64,000 bases of DNA from Octopus sinensis. Lineage: Eukaryota. Within the stretch, counting starts at the first letter, position 1. Every line of letters starts with the position of its first letter. The notes below the pieces were generated by a model that saw only the letters and a program-made list of their open reading frames with translations, had not been told where the DNA came from and searched no databases. Shown here piece by piece: positions 48,383 through 60,906 of this stretch. The stretch is from contig NC_043016.1 of assembly GCF_006345805.1 (NCBI RefSeq), positions 6,386,001-6,450,000 of the forward strand, in the 5' to 3' direction. The translations under genes and the position numbers were made by a program.

Positions 48383-49290
48383 TCATCATCATCATCATCG
48401 TTTAACGTCCGCTTTCCATGCTAGCATGGGTTGGACGATTTTGACTGAGGGCTGGTGAACCACATGGTTGCACTAGGCTCCAATCTTGATCTGGCAGTGA
48501 TTCTACAGCTGGATGCCCTTCCTAATGCCAACCACTCCGTGAGTGTAGTGGGTGCTTTTATGTGCCACCAGCATGGGGGGGCCAGTCAGGCGGCACTGGC
48601 AATGATCTCGCTCGAATCTTTTTACACATGCCACCAGCACAGGTGCCAGTAAGGTGATGCTGGTAACAATCACGCTTGAATGGTGCCCTTTTATGAGCCA
48701 CCAGCACGGAAGCCAGTTGGCTGCTCTGGCAACGATCACACTTGGATGGTGCTCTTGGCACCCTACTAGCACAGGCACAAGTGCCAGTAAGGCGATGCTG
48801 GTAACGATCACACTTGGATGGTGCTCTTGGCACCCTACTAGCACAGGCACAGTGCCATAAGGCGATGCTGGTACGATCACACTTGGATGGTGCTCTTGGC
48901 ACCCTACTAGCACAGGCACAAGTGCCAGTAAGGCGATGCTGGTAACGATCACACTTGGATGGTGCTCTTGGCACCCTACTAGCACAGGCACAAGTGCCAG
49001 TAAGGCGATGCTGGTAACGATCACACTTGGATGGTGCTCTTGGCACCCTACTAGCACAGGCACAAGTGCCAGTAAGGCGATGCTGGTAACGATCACACTT
49101 GGATGGTGCTCTTGGCACCCTACTAGCACAGGCACAAGTGCCAGTAAGGCGATGCTGGTAACGATCACACTTGAATGGTGCCTTTTATGTGCCACTGGCA
49201 CGGAAGCCGGTTAGCTGCTCTGTCAACGATCACGCTTGTATGGTGCTCTTTGCACCCCGCTAGTACGGATGCCAGTCATCGAATGTGATT
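48383..49290 (-). mobile_element. Family A repeat with an internal 72-bp tandem array
   Basis: Tail at 48383; array 48732-49172. Confidence 0.88.
48732..49172. repeat. 72-bp tandem array, about 6 units
   Basis: Unit gtgccagtaaggcgatgctggtaacgatcacacttggatggtgctcttggcaccctactagcacaggcacaa, near-identical copies. Confidence 0.95.
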
Positions 49291-49499
49291 TTCATTACAC
49301 ACACACATATTAACATCCTCCTTCCATGCTGGCATGGCTTGTATGGTTTGGTAAGTGTGGTTTGTTTCCCAACCACATGGTTCTGGGTTCAGTCCCACTG
49401 CATAGCACTTTGAGCAAGTGTCTCCTATAAACCTGGGCTGCTCAAAATCTTGTGAGTGATATTGGTTGATGAAAACTGAAAGAAGTGCATCGTACACAG

Positions 49500-49890
49500 G
49501 CGTGGCTGTGTGGTAAGAAACTTGTCTCCTAATCACATGGTTCTGGGTTCAGTCCCACTGAGTCATACTTGGGGCAAGTATCTTCTACTATAACTCCGGG
49601 CTGGCCAAAGCCTTGTGAGTGGGATTTGGTAGATGGAAACTGAAAGAAGACCTTCGTATATGTATATATGTATGTGTTTATGTGTGTGTGTCTGTTTGTC
49701 CCCCCAGACAACTGATATTGATGTGTTTCTATCCCCATAACTTAGCAGTTCAGCAAAAGAGACCGATAGAACAAGTACTAGGCTTACAAAGAATAAGTCC
49801 TGGAGTTGATTTCTTTAACTAAAAAAGACCCTTTATGGTGGTGCTCCAGCATGGCTGCAGTCAGATGACTGAAACAAGTAAAAGAGTAAA
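49500..49890 (+). mobile_element. SINE family B copy (preceded by a partial duplicate head at 49345-49490)
   Basis: Homologous to 3999-4403. Confidence 0.8.
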
Positions 49891-50150
49891 TCATCATCAT
49901 CGTTTAACGCCCGCTTTCCATGCTAGCATGGGTTGGACGATTTTGACTGGCGAACCAGATGGCTGCACCATGCTCCAGTCTTGATTTGGCAGAGTTTCTA
50001 CAGCTGGATGCCCTTCCTAATGCCAACCACTCCGAGAGTGTAGTGGGTGCTTTTTACGTGCCAGTCAGGCGGTACTAGCAGCGACCTTGCTCGAATCTTT
50101 TACACATGCCACCGGCACAGGTGCCAGTAAGGCGATGCTGGTAACGATCA
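49890..50150 (-). mobile_element. Family A repeat
   Basis: Tail and conserved domain. Confidence 0.85.
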
Positions 50151-50504
50151 TGTCAAGAAAGAATAAAAGAATATGTGTGTGTGTATGTGCGTGTGTTGAG
50201 ATTGCGTAATTGCTGTAAATGAGTGTTATCATAATGCAATTAGTATCTTCATAATTAGGAAATATTACCTTGGTTGGTTGGTGGGAGCATCAAGCTATAG
50301 AAATCCTGCCACAACAAAAACTTTGTCTGACCCATGCAAGTATAGAAAAGTGGATGTTAACAATGATGATGATGATGATGATGATAATGAGGATTTGTAT
50401 ATTCCAGTTTGTGAACCCTCTTTATATACCCCTTGTGTTGTATTCTTTTAGACTGTGTTTTATTTTTTGTTATAGTTTATTATTTCTTTTCTCCAATGTT
50501 CCAG

Positions 50505-50615
50505 GCTTTACAGACTCATTACTGCCCTAAAGTAGCTGTCGACAGTCGAAAGGTAAATCAACTGAAAAAATCCCAAAAAGATTTGTCAGGTATATTAGAG
50601 ACCACCACAGATGAT
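50505..50615 (+). CDS. NOC4L: NOC4L exon (ALQTHYCPKV...LETTTDD), phase 0/0
   Basis: ttccag acceptor, GTAAG donor, 111 nt; aligns to human ALQRHYHPEV...LLELTAYE. Confidence 0.93.
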
Positions 50616-50769
50616 GTAAGTTTTTCATTAATTGTATTCTCTTTTGCTTATTTTTTTTGTTTTAATTAGGAGTAATTATAAAATATGTCAATTTAATACT
50701 TTAGTTTCAGGTATAAATCTGTCCATAAATCTTGTCCACAGGCATTTTCACAGGTTTCTGTAGATTGTT

Positions 50770-51170
50770 CCCATTCTGTCATCGCTACTGCCACAATCAC
50801 CGTCATCACTACCCAGTCACCATTACTGCCGGCACCATTACCACTAATAACCATCATTGCTACCACCACCACCACCACTACCAAAACCACTACCACCACC
50901 ACTGCAATTACCAAAACCACTACCACCACTACTGCTATCACTACCACTACTGTCACAACCATCACTACTACCACCAGCACCACAACTACTTCCACTACCC
51001 AACCACCATCACTGTCATCTCTGGCACCACTACCACCACCATCACCACTCCACCACTGCCACTGTCATCACCACGGCTACCCTCACTACTGCCACCTTGA
51101 CCACTATCACAGCCATAACTGCAACTTTAACCACAGCTACCCACACTACAACCATGACCACCACCACTTC
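50770..51170. repeat. (ACC/ACT)-rich low-complexity tract
   Basis: Degenerate trinucleotide repeats. Confidence 0.9.
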
Positions 51171-51781
51171 ATATTTGTCTGGATTATTCCCAATATGTTG
51201 CTCAGCCCAATACCATCAATCCGGGTCTTGGGTTATCTTCAACACAATCCATGCTGTTGTTAAGGTTTGAACCTGGTTCTTCTTGGTCTGCAAATAACTC
51301 AGTGCTGATTCATGTGCTGATTCCTTGTGCAAGAAAACCATTAGTCATGGTTCCATGGTTCTTTTCATTTCGTCAACCTCTGTTTAACCACTCTTGGTAT
51401 AGTGACACTAAAAAAGACAAAAAAAGGGTCAGCGAGTGCTGTTCTCTTTCTTACCGTTGCCATTAAGAACAGAAAGATGTACATTCTTAGTATTTGAAAT
51501 TATTCTCACACAATGCATTGATACCTCTTTTCAGAGATTAGGGTCTTAAGTATGTATGGTTCAGTGTGTGTGTGTGTGTGTGTGTGAGATCTCTTTTATT
51601 GACTTATAGAAATTACACTCTCTTTTTACTCTTTTACTCTTTTACTTGTTTCAGTCATTTGACTGTGGCCATGCTGGAGCACTACCTTTTAGTCGAGCAA
51701 ATCGACCCCGGGACTTATTCTTTGTAAGCCCTGTACTTATTCTATCGGTCTCTTTTGCCGAACTGCTAAGTGACGGGGATT

Positions 51782-51850
51782 TGAAGACCGTTTTGTACTG
51801 AAGACCGTTTTGTACTGAAGACCGTTTTGTACTGAAGACCGTTTTTGTAC
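51782..51850. repeat. 17-bp tandem repeat x4
   Basis: tgaagaccgttttgtac repeated. Confidence 0.9.
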
Positions 51851-52241
51851 ATTTGGCTCAGTGGATATGGCACTTCTTAATTTCAACCATCCTTGAGAAA
51901 ATACTGAACCCAGTTCACTATGCCAGTGCTCCACAGCCTTTTTTTACACCTGCAGTACACTTATATTCTTTTCAAAATTTGGCGGCACACCTGAACTAAA
52001 AATATAACTAAAGGTATAGGTAAAAAAATTACATTCAGGTTACAGTGTAGCACACCTAGCATCATCTTGTGGCGCCTCAATGTGCTGTGGCATGCTTGTT
52101 GCAGAGCACTGCACTATGTTAATGAAGCACTCAACAATTTCACTGTGATCCCGCTGGTTTTTTTTTTTTTTGTTGCTTTGTTTTTGCTTTTTCACCACTG
52201 ATATAGCTTATTTATTTATATAGCCATGAAGAGTGTATATA

Positions 52242-52275
<34 letters not shown>

Positions 52276-52654
52276 GTGTGTGTGTGTGTATCATCATCAT
52301 CGTCATTCTTTAGTGTCTGTTTTTCCATGCTGGTATGGGTTGGATGGTTAAGACTGGAACTGGTAAGCCAATCAGGGTCCTGAGAGACAGACACACATCC
52401 AGAAACCTGCACATCCACATACACACACACACACATATGCATATATACATGTGTGTATGAGTGTGTGTGTATATGTGTTTATATATATACACACACACAC
52501 ACACACATACATATATATACACACACACATACATATATATATACATAGAAATATATATACACATATACATGTTTTATGTATATATGCACACAGATATGTA
52601 TATGTATACATACGTGTGTGTATACACACATACAAGTGTCTATTTACTTTTGAG

Positions 52655-52689
<35 letters not shown>

Positions 52690-52694
<5 letters not shown>

Positions 52695-53680
52695 GCCTCA
52701 GAGTCAACCTAGCTAAAACCAAAGTCCTAATAAGTAGGAAGGCAGGCAAACCACAAATGCCTTCCAGCAGATGGCCCTGCTCGATCTGTAGTAGAGGCGT
52801 AGGTAGAAACTGTATAAGATGTACCCATTGTAAGCTATGGACACATAAGAGGTGCAGTAATATCAAAGGAAGGCTAACTGGGAGGATAGTTTTTGTATGT
52901 GGCAAATATTCAGGTTCTACAAACACTGAAAATGGGAAGAGAACAACTTCCACCTCATTCCAGGGAGAAAAACTAGAAGTAGTTGATAGCTTCCATTACC
53001 TAGGCGCCCAAGTCAGTAGCAGGGGACGGTGCACTGAAAGTGTAGCTGTTAGAATATGAATAGCCTGGACACAGTTCAGAGAGCTCTTACTTCTACTGGT
53101 GACAAAGGGTCTCTCGCTCAGAGTAAAAGGTGGACTGTATGACGCTTGTGTATGAACAGCCATGCTACATGGCAATGAAACATGGGCTGTGACTGCTGAG
53201 GACATGCGTAAGCTCGCAAGAAATGAAGCCAGTATGATCCGATGGATGTGTAATGTCAGTGTTCATACTCGACAGAGTGTAACTACCTTGAGAGAAATTT
53301 TGGACCTAAGAAGCATTGGATATGGTGTGCAAGAGAGACGACTGCACTGGTATGGCCATGTGGTGAGAATAGATGAGGATAGCTGTGTGAAAAAGTGCCA
53401 CACCCTAGCGGTTGAGGGAACCTTTGGAATCGGTAGACCCAGGAAGACCTGGGATGAAGTGGTGAAGCATGACCTTCAAACTTTAGGCCTCACCAAGGAA
53501 ATGACTAGCAACCGAGACTTTTGGAAATATGCTGTGCTTGAGAAGACCCAGCAAGCCAAATGAGACCATAATCTCATGGCCTATGCCAGGAGCGTAACCA
53601 GCCCACTTATGCATGCCTTTTCCTTCTTTGGACACTAAAACTCTTCTTGTGAAGACCTGTTGAGGCAAGTGAAATCAAAA
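52690..53680 (+). mobile_element. RTE LINE 3' fragment with PHD finger and proximal 3' UTR
   Basis: GLRVNLAKTK...WPCSICSRGVGRNCIRCTHCKLWTHKRC; ORF 53162-53563; ends gaggcaagtgaaatcaaaatc. Confidence 0.93.
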
Positions 53681-53879
53681 TCAAAATATCTGGTTACTAT
53701 CCTGTGATCAACTGTGCATTCACCTTTCACATATTAGATATTTCTGGTTGTTTCTGCAGTGTTATGGCCCAATTCAAACTCATAAAGTATAAGTTCCCAA
53801 TGTTAGACATTGGTGCACATTCATCTGTGCAGCTTTCAAAATCACATACAGAGTGAAGCAATGCACAACATGTCAGCTC

Positions 53880-54068
53880 ACCAACTACCACAATACCTAT
53901 TTCTTTACTACCACAAGGGGCTAAACACAGAGGGGACAAACAAGAACAGACGAACGGATTAAGTCGATTACATTGACCCCAGTGCGTAACGGGTGCTTAT
54001 TTAATCGACCCCAAAAGGATGAAAGGCAAAGTTGACCTCGGTGGAATTTGAACTCAGAACACAGCGGT
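53880..54068 (-). mobile_element. SINE family E copy
   Basis: Reverse complement homologous to 5256-5490. Confidence 0.78.
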
Positions 54069-54838
54069 GGACGAATAACACCAACCTCAAAGGGTACCTT
54101 CCGTTGTTTGAACTGCTTCAGTCATGTGACACATACACCAGAAACTAGCATGTATGCAAATACTGAAAAGCTTTTGACTTGTCTTTGTGTGTACGTACAG
54201 ACAAGCATGCATACATGCATACTCATACAGCTCATGTCAAACTGTCCAGCCAATGCCAGCATGGAAAATAGTCACTAAATGATGGGGATGATGATGATAA
54301 TGATGATGGTGGTGGTGGCATGGTGGTGGTAACAGCATCATCGGCACCATCAAATCCACTCACAAGGCTTTTGGTGTTATACAATGGGATTGATGGTGTG
54401 TTGAGATTGAAACCAGAACCATTTTAGCTTTACTCTTGATTGTGCATTGAGTGATTTTTATTTTTGAAATGCATCAGCATAATTAGCAACTTTGACAGTA
54501 ATGACCATTCTAATGAATGTATTACATAATTATGTTTTTGTAATTTTAAACCATCATTTGAAATCAATGATTTTGATTTTTTTTTTATACCCTCCCCTGC
54601 TGTTACATTTTTACACAATCTATCACCACCACCATTATTATTATTATTATGTTTTTTCCTTCTTTCTTCAAATTTTCTTCCGTTTCTCGCCGAGTGTTTT
54701 CCATACTCCTAGGGCAGAGAAGGGCATTGTATGCATTCCCAGATTACACGCGCAAATTCACAGACAAAATTTGTATTTAAAAATTAATAAATAAATAAAT
54801 TCATGGATGGATGTTATTATTATGTTTTTGTATTTCAG

Positions 54839-54958
54839 GTATTTGCAAATGAAATTGAGAGAGGTGAAAAGTTGAAAGAAATACCTGTAAACCAGTCCTG
54901 TCCTTCTGGAATTTTGACGAAACAAGATATGAAATATTCATTTTGGCGTGTAGAATAA
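54839..54958 (+). CDS. NOC4L: NOC4L terminal coding exon (VFANEIERGEKLKEIPV...FWRVE*)
   Basis: tatttcag acceptor, 39 codons plus TAA; position and pattern match human IFERDLKKK...VPL. Confidence 0.85.
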   Translation, partial: VFANEIERGEKLKEIPVNQSCPSGILTKQDMKYSFWRVE

Positions 54959-54982
54959 TTTGTATAAGGATCTTGGGTTTTG

Positions 54983-54996
54983 AATAAAAAAATAAA
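54983..54996 (+). promoter_or_regulatory. Candidate polyadenylation signals of NOC4L
   Basis: Two AATAAA hexamers (54983, 54991) 25-35 nt after the stop, followed by T/GT-rich sequence. Confidence 0.5.
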
Positions 54997-55471
54997 AAAA
55001 GTTTAAATTGTCAGTTTTTTTTTTCAGTATTTTTGATATTTGTGTTTTATTGTATGTGGATACTCTGTGTGTGTGTGTGTGTGTGTGTTGCATGCCCATT
55101 TTATGCATGTTTCTAGATAAGGATTTTGAACATTGAACAAACGTTTATTGATTCAAATCTATATATTTAAGTCTCGTTGACAGCAATTAGGAGAAAGCTT
55201 GAACTGAATTTCCATATTCTATTGGGATTCAATTTCCAATTGAAGCAGCTGGTTTCTGTTAAAGCTTATATAAAGGTTCTTGAAATGACAGTAAAAGGTA
55301 TTTTATGATACATACAGACATTTTCATGCTAATATTACACACACACACACACACTTTCATAGGATTTCAGTCACTTAATATACTTTCTTTTTCCCTCTCT
55401 CTCCATTCCTCTCTGTCTCTGTTTGTCTGTCTATATCTCTCTCACTCTTTCTCTTTTTATCTCTGTGTGTG

Positions 55472-55546
<75 letters not shown>

Positions 55547-56159
55547 AAAGGGAAAGTTTACGAAAATAAACAAAGGACGAAGGCAGGTGGTGTAGAAACA
55601 AACAGATGTATTAGTATAGCGCTCTGGAATAGAAAAAGTCTTTTACGTTTTGAGCCTACGCACTTCGACTGAAAGGGACACAGAAAAAAACAAGGAGAGA
55701 AAAAAATGCGTGTAGGAGCTAACGATCTATAATCATTACAGATATAGGGTGAAAAATTATTAATTTAATAAAATCAACAAATTTCACCTAGTAGTTTTTC
55801 GGTATGGAAAAGGACCATATTTGGTAAAAACTTATACAAAATGTTTTTTTATATATAAATATAACAATAAGGGTTTATAAATATAACAATAAGTTCTCCT
55901 AGCATCTTCAGATTTATAATTATCGAAATATTATGTTGACAAAGGAAATGAGTCTTATGATTCTAATCCAGAAACGCGTCCATAATTAATCGAAGACTGT
56001 TTGATTTCATTATTTTTCTTCTTTTTTGCCATGTGTGTGTTACAAATATTGTTGTCTGTGGAGACATATTTTTGTAGAAAATGGAAATAGTAGTCTTTTG
56101 GCTGCTATTTCTAAAATTTTCGGTATGTGGTCAAGCAACTTGTTGCTAAACCCTTATTG

Positions 56160-56410
56160 TTATTATTATATCATCATCATCATCATCATCTTTTAACGTC
56201 CGTTTTCCGTGCTAGTATGGGCTGGACGGTTCGACTGGGGTCTGGGAAGCCAGAAGGCTGCACCAGGCTCCAGTCTGATCTGGCAATGTTTCTACAGCTG
56301 GATGCCCTTCCTAACGCCAACCACTCCATGAGTGGGTGCTTTTTATGTGCCACCGGCACGGGCCAGACGAGGCTGGCAAATGGCCACTATCGGATGGTGC
56401 TTTTTACGTG
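56160..56410 (-). mobile_element. Family A repeat
   Basis: Tail and conserved domain. Confidence 0.85.
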
Positions 56411-56466
56411 CATATATATATATATACATATACATATATATATATATATACACATATATATATATA

Positions 56467-56587
56467 TATATTTGGCAGAAGTAACATAGTGACTCAGTGA
56501 CTGAGAGTTTTGTTTCACGGAGTAGTAAAAGTGCTAATATATGGAACTTGTGGCTCTTGAGTCACTCTGTTACTTCTGCCAAATATA
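56467..56587. mobile_element. Small MITE-like element with 28-bp TIRs in TA context
   Basis: tatttggcagaagtaacatagtgactca ... tgagtcactctgttacttctgccaaata (1 mismatch). Confidence 0.65.
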
Positions 56588-56656
56588 AATAAAAAATATA
56601 TAAATGTGCTCATGGTTTTGACTTCTGTTCTTCCAGTTTGCATTGCCAAATCTCTC

Positions 56657-56699
<43 letters not shown>

Positions 56700-57269
56700 G
56701 TGTCTGGGGAGAGTCATTCTGTTTATTGCCTTATTAATTAACACACTCAGTGGTTCAATTTCCATTCATTTAATTATTTGATTTGATTCTTTTCCTAAAA
56801 TTTTCTCTGCTTCTTACAACCTCTTCAATAGTTGTTGACTCAGTACGTTATCAGAGCTGCATTCTTTTTGTTTGTTTGTGTGTATGTGTATGTATGTGCA
56901 TGTATGTGTGTGTGTATGCATATATATATATATATATATATATTTTTTCTTTCTCTACCGTATTTTTTTATTATTTATCTATTTTCACTCATTCTCTCTC
57001 TGGCTTTCATTCAGTTTTATCTAATTAATTATTTCTCCCCCTCAAATATAGTATTCAAACTAGTTGCTTCGATTTTGTCGCCCACCCTCCCACCCCCACC
57101 ACCAATACCGGAAGTTTCTACCCAAATACCGGAAACTGCCCCCCCCACTAGCACCTATGAAGGGTTTATCTGAACATATAGCGCAAAAAATTGTGAAAAG
57201 TATGCAGGTTGTAGTCGAGAGTTTCCATATGAAATCTGCCAAATGCAAGCTTTCTTTTCAGGTACATGA

Positions 57270-60200
57270 CACGGCGGTCCCTCGTCCAGGGTCTCTGATG
57301 CCCACACCTCCCAAACCCTCAGAGTTGGCACGCTCAATGTTGGCACATTGAAAGGTAGGTCTGGAGAGATTGTAGAGCTGCTTGAACGGAGACGTGTGGA
57401 TGTATGCTGTATCCAGGAAGTAAGGTGGAGAGGAGGTTCTGCTAGGCTCCTCACAGGCAAGGAACACAGGTACAAGATTTTCTGGGCAGGGAACACTGAC
57501 GGAGTCGGGGGCGTGGGTATACTTCTTGCGGAGAAATGGGTAGGTAAGGTAATCGAGGTAGTCAGAGTAAGTGACAGAGTAATTAAAATTAGATTAGTTC
57601 TTCACCATAGGACAGCTACCATCATCTCGGCATATGCCCCTCAACCAGGGCTACCGGAAGGACAAAAAGACCAATTCTATGACACCCTATTGCGGACTAC
57701 CTCATTGACAAATGACAGTGACCTCTCTTCGTGGCAGGTGATTTCAATGACATGTTGGACGACATGTTGGGGGCTTCCATGGCGTCCATGGAGGCTACGG
57801 TTTTGGCTCTCGAAATGAGGAAGGAACCAGGCTGCTGGAGTTCTGCGATGCAAATGACCTTATGGTCTGCAATACCCACTTCAGGAAACCCACCTCTCAC
57901 CTAGTAACCTACCGTTCTGGCAGACACACCAGCCAGATTGACTACATCCTTGCCAGAAAAAGGGAAAGAGGGCTGATTATAAATGCCAAAACCTTCCCAG
58001 GCGAAGAATGTACTCCCCAACATAGGTTAGTAGTTAGCGACTTCAGGATCAGAGCTAAATGGTTGCCCAGAAGAAGACCAGCTTGGAGGAGAAGGGTCTG
58101 GAAGCTTAAAGATCCTGCAAATGGACAGAGATTTAGAGACATACTACTCGAAGCCTCTGACGAAATAGAAGGGGATATAGCTTCACTTAATGTGGAAGAC
58201 AACTGGAGATTCCTACGGGACAATCTGCTGACAGCCACTGACCAGATCTGTGGATGGAGCAAAGTACCATCTCGACCCAGAGTAACATGGTGGTGGAACA
58301 CTGTGGTTGACAGGGCTATTAGACAAAAGAGACAGGCTTGGAAGGACTGGAAGAACGGTGGTAGCAGGGAATTGTATCAGACAGCCAAAAGGGAAGCTAG
58401 GAGACAGGTTTATTTAGCCAGAGGGGAAGCAGATAAGAAAAAATTTGCCAATGTTCTGAGCCGTGAGGATGAAAGACTTGAGGTATTTCGTGTTGCAAGA
58501 CAGTGTGTGAGAGAGAATCGTGATGTGGTAGGAGAGAAGTGTGTTCGCATGGATGATGGTTCACTTGCGCTAAATGAGGATGCAAAGAGAGAGGTTTGGA
58601 GATGCCACTATGAAAGGTTGCTGAATAAAGAAAATGAATGGGATAAAGAAGAGTCTGCCGAATGTTGACCCAACAGAGGGACCAGCTATCCGAGTTGATA
58701 GTTCCGTGGTAGCTAAGGCAATTAGAAGCATGAACAGGGAAAGCCCCAGGCCCATCAGGAATTACTGCAGAGATGCTCAAAATATCTGGCAGTGTCGGCT
58801 ATAACCTAGTCACCCGTATAGTCAACCAGGTGATACACGAAGGAGTCATACCCAATGACTGGTGTAGCAGCATACTAGTCAACTGCTACAAAGGTAAAGG
58901 TGATGCCCTGGATACAAATAATTACAGAGGTATCAAGCTGTTGGATCAGGTAATGAAGGTTACGGAGAGGGTCATAGCCCAACTAATTAGAGAGAGAGTA
59001 GTTTAGATGAGATGCAGTTTGGGTTTGTCCCAGGGAAAAGCACCACTGATGCTATATTCCTGGTAAGGCAGCTGCAGGAGAAATACCTAGCCAAAGATAA
59101 GCCCCTGTACCTGGCTTTCGTTGACATGGAGAAAGCCTTTGATAGGGTCCCCCGATCCCTCATCTGGTGGTCAATGAGGAAACTAGGGATAGATGAATGG
59201 CTGGTGAGGGCTGTGCAAGCCATGTACAGAGATGCCGTAAGTAAGGTTAGAGTTGGCAGCATGTACACAGAAGAATTCAAGGTAGAGGTTGGGGTCCACC
59301 AGGGTTCAGTACTCAGCCCCCTCCTATTTATCATAGTCCTCCAGGCAATTGTGGAGGAATTCAAGACAGGTTGCCCCTGGGAGCTCCTCTATGCTGACGA
59401 CCTTGCTCTAATCGCTGAGTCACTATCAGAACTGGAGGAGAAGTTTCAGGTGTGGAAGCAAGGATTAGAATCGAGGGGCCTTAGAGTCAACCTAGCTAAA
59501 ACCAAAGTCCTAATAAGCTGGAAGGTAGACAAACCACAAATGCCTTCAGGTATATGGCCCTACTTGATCTGTAGAAAAGGCGTAGGTAGAAACTCTATAA
59601 GATGTACCCAGTGTAAGCTGTGGACACATAAGAGGTGCAGCAATATCAAAGGAAGGCTAAATAGGAAGATAGTTTTTGTATGTGGCAGATGCTCAGGAGC
59701 AATAAACACTGAAAATGTGCAGAGAACAACTTCCGTCACTTTCCAGGGGGAAAAACTAAAAGTAGTTGATAGCTTCCGTTATCTAGGTGACCAAGTCAGT
59801 AGTGGGGGCGGGTGCGCTGAAAGTGTAACTGCTAGAATAAGAATAGCCTGGGCAAAGTTTAGGGAGCTCTTACCTCTGCTGGTGACTAAAGGCCTCTCGC
59901 TCAGAGTAAAAGGCAGACTGTATGATGCATGTGTACGAACAGCTATGCTACATGGCAGTGAAACATGGGCCGTGACTGCTGAGGACATGCGTAAGCTTGT
60001 GAGGAACGAAGCCAGTATGCTCCGATGGATGTGTAATGTCAGTGTACTTACTCGACAGAGCGTTAGTACCTTGAGAGAAATGTCGTACCTAAGAAGCATC
60101 AGTTGTGGTGTGCAAGAGAGACGATTGCGCTGGTATGGTCATGTGGCGAGAATGGATGAAGATAGGTGTGTGAGAAAGTGCCAATCCCTAGCAGTTGAGG

Positions 60201-60906
60201 GAACCCGTGGAAGAGGTAGACCCAGGAAAACCTGGGACGAAGTGGTGAAGCACGACCTTCGGACGTTAGGTCTCACCATGGAAATGACTAGAGACCGAGA
60301 CCTATGGAAGTATGCTGTGCGTGAGAAGACCCGGCAAGACTAGTGAAGCCATAATCCGTGGCCCCTACCTGGACGTAGTAGTAGTCCACCTGTGCATACC
60401 TTCCTTCTTGTGACACTTGTGAAGACCTGTTGAGGCAAGTGAGAATCGAATCGAATCAAATCAAATCAAATCGAACCAAATCAAAATAGATGAACATCAA
60501 TGGAATTTGTATCCTTGTGGTACCAGTGCCGGTGGCACATAAGAAAACCATCCGAACGTGATCGTAGCCAGTACCGCAACGACTGGCCTCCGTGCTGAGG
60601 GCACATAACAAACACCATCCGAGCGTGGCCGTCCGCCAGCCCCGTCTGGCCCTGTGTCGGTGACACATAAGAAAACACCATCCGAGCGTGGCCGTCAGCC
60701 AGCCTCGTCTGGCACCTGTGCGGTGGCACATAAAATCACCCACTACACTCTCAGAGTGGTTGGCGTTAGGAAGGGCATCCAGCTGTAGAAACACTGCCAG
60801 ATCTGGCTGGCCTGGTGCAGCCTTCGGGCTTGCCAGACCCCAGTTGAACCGTCCAACCCATGCTAGCATGGAAACCGGACGTTAAACGATGATGATGATG
60901 ATGATA
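57270..60906 (+). mobile_element. Near full-length RTE-clade LINE (APE endonuclease + RT + PHD finger)
   Basis: GTLNVGTL, CCIQE, SAYAPQ, AGDFN, NTHF, QIDYIL, QHRLV (APE); MQFGF, FVDMEKAFD, HQGSVLSP, YADD (RT); stop at 60343; (AATCG/AATCA)n near 60444-60485; (GAT)n tail to 60906. Confidence 0.97.

Larger units (their letters stand above)
23230..54958 (+). other. NOC4L: NOC4L gene span (11 coding exons traced; 5' exons not found)
   Basis: Spliced translation matches the NOC4L/CBF-Mak21 C-terminal region (LYKRVL...GGSVSLLSLNGIFILMDKHNLNYPDFYKKLYSLLDP...LPAYMLAAFIKRLARISL...DPY...ALESSLWEL...ALQTHY). All junctions are GT-AG and phase-compatible. Family recognised from memory of the human protein. 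Confidence 0.95.

Noticed and set aside
48732-49172. CRISPR-like array or repeat protein ORFs (48503-49201, 48558-49118)
   Set aside because: Head-to-tail identical units with no unique spacers and no cas genes in a eukaryotic context; the ORFs are by-products of a 72-bp (3n) repeat
50693-51270. Thr/His/Pro-rich mucin-like ORFs
   Set aside because: Degenerate (ACC)n tract inside an intron with no splice support
57250-57262. Splice acceptor (tttcttttcag) allowing a NOC4L-RTE fusion protein
   Set aside because: Splicing from the phase-0 donor at 50615 enters a frame that stops at 57349-57351, out of frame with the RTE ORF
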